A stretch of 64,000 nt of DNA, from the NCBI GenBank assembly GCA_001795615.1, contig MGKI01000014.1:69380-133379 (forward strand), read 5' to 3'. Below, in pieces: positions 63,821 to 64,000 of the stretch. Both the position numbers and the translations under genes were made by a program. This DNA comes from Candidatus Yanofskybacteria bacterium RIFCSPLOWO2_01_FULL_42_49. GTDB lineage: Bacteria > Patescibacteriota > Minisyncoccia > 2-02-FULL-40-12 > GWA2-44-9. The stretch's first letter is position 1, and the number at the start of each line of letters is the position of its first letter. The notes beneath the pieces were generated by a model. The model saw only the letters and a list, made by a program, of their open reading frames with translations, was not told the origin of the DNA and ran no database searches.

Positions 63821-64000
63821 TTAATGGCATCGAACAGTACTGAGGGTCGGCGTGGTAGAACCTTGATTAAAGCGCATATATATCCATGCTCCTGTTGAAG
63901 ATTTCAATTGAAAACAAGTGCCTAGAGTCGCAGTATTCCCGCCGCCGAAGTAAAAACTAGCCGTACCCGTACCAGGACCAACAAACTGCGCAGTATAACC
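63821..64000 (-). CDS. 3' end of a - strand ORF running off the window (partial; Gly/Thr-rich secreted-like C-terminus)
   Basis: Open frame ending at stop TAA (63821-63823 on +). The translation reads ...GYTAQFVGPGTGTASFYFGGGNTATLGTCFQLKSSTGAWIYMRFNQGSTTPTLSTVRCH. Confidence 0.3.
   Translation of the reverse strand, partial: GYTAQFVGPGTGTASFYFGGGNTATLGTCFQLKSSTGAWIYMRFNQGSTTPTLSTVRCH

Noticed and set aside
1-64000. Mobile elements, integrases, transposases, phage genes, toxin-antitoxin pairs, rRNA/tRNA genes
   Set aside because: No translated frame showed DDE/HTH transposase, tyrosine or serine recombinase, or phage structural motifs. No tRNA-like or rRNA-like GC-rich segments were found other than the single structured element at 17.3 kb.

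Overview
This 64 kb window is AT-rich and has short intergenic spacers, with no rRNA, tRNA, CRISPR array or recognisable transposase or integrase. The first ~2.9 kb on the + strand carries a HAD hydrolase, an aldo/keto reductase and a transketolase that appears internally deleted (pseudogene remnant). From ~2.9 kb to the end, almost everything is one very large surface-glycan and glycosylation supercluster, read directly from the translated ORFs.

(1) 2.9-7.9 kb: three paralogous divergent GT-A (GT2-like) glycosyltransferases, two of them a recent tandem duplicate, flank a HemN-like radical SAM enzyme (CxxxCxxCxC, GGGSP).

(2) 7.8-18.4 kb: a nonulosonic-acid pathway of pseudaminic/legionaminic type. 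It has a DegT aminotransferase, a fused divergent NeuB-like + cytidylyltransferase protein, a second canonical NeuB-family synthase, a GNAT, a PseG/NeuC-like GT-B protein and an SDR dehydratase. It also has a HisH/HisF/PP-loop amidotransferase trio of the kind that makes acetamidino sugars.

(3) 18.5-24 kb: a Maf/DUF115-like candidate nonulosonate transferase, a methyltransferase, a NodU/CmcH carbamoyltransferase, a NodB deacetylase and a GT4.

(4) 24-32.6 kb: two tandem sulfatase-superfamily membrane proteins, a methyltransferase-domain protein and two B12-binding radical SAM enzymes.

(5) 32.7-37.2 kb: a polyprenyl-phosphate GT2 + YdjC-family deacetylase + ArnT-like GT-C trio. It resembles the Francisella FlmF2/NaxD/FlmK amino-sugar transfer route.

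(6) 37.2-40.5 kb: a C-branched deoxysugar module with two RmlD-like reductases, a Gfo/Idh/MocA oxidoreductase and a TylC3-like NDP-hexose C-methyltransferase.

(7) 40.5-55.4 kb: an array of about ten GT4/GT-B genes plus a DPM1-like GT2, an SDR epimerase, a methyltransferase and an FAD oxidoreductase.

(8) 55.4-63.8 kb: an O-antigen-ligase-like TPR membrane protein and two paralogous TMTC/PMT-like GT-C proteins with C-terminal TPRs. These are interleaved with secreted proteins carrying Ser/Thr/Pro-rich linkers; one has Gly9-Thr11-(Thr-Pro)n plus a C-terminal SH3b-like domain.

Non-coding signals are described under findings. The main ones are phased TGAYAY direct repeats at 10 bp spacing upstream of three + strand operons, and a GC-rich highly structured ~120 nt intercistronic element. 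There are also several heptanucleotide tandem repeats inside and around GT4 genes, and a dispersed palindromic AAGTTAAAAG-type repeat present once intergenically and once in-frame inside a GT-C gene.

No database search or computation was possible. All family assignments rest on motifs visible in the translations.
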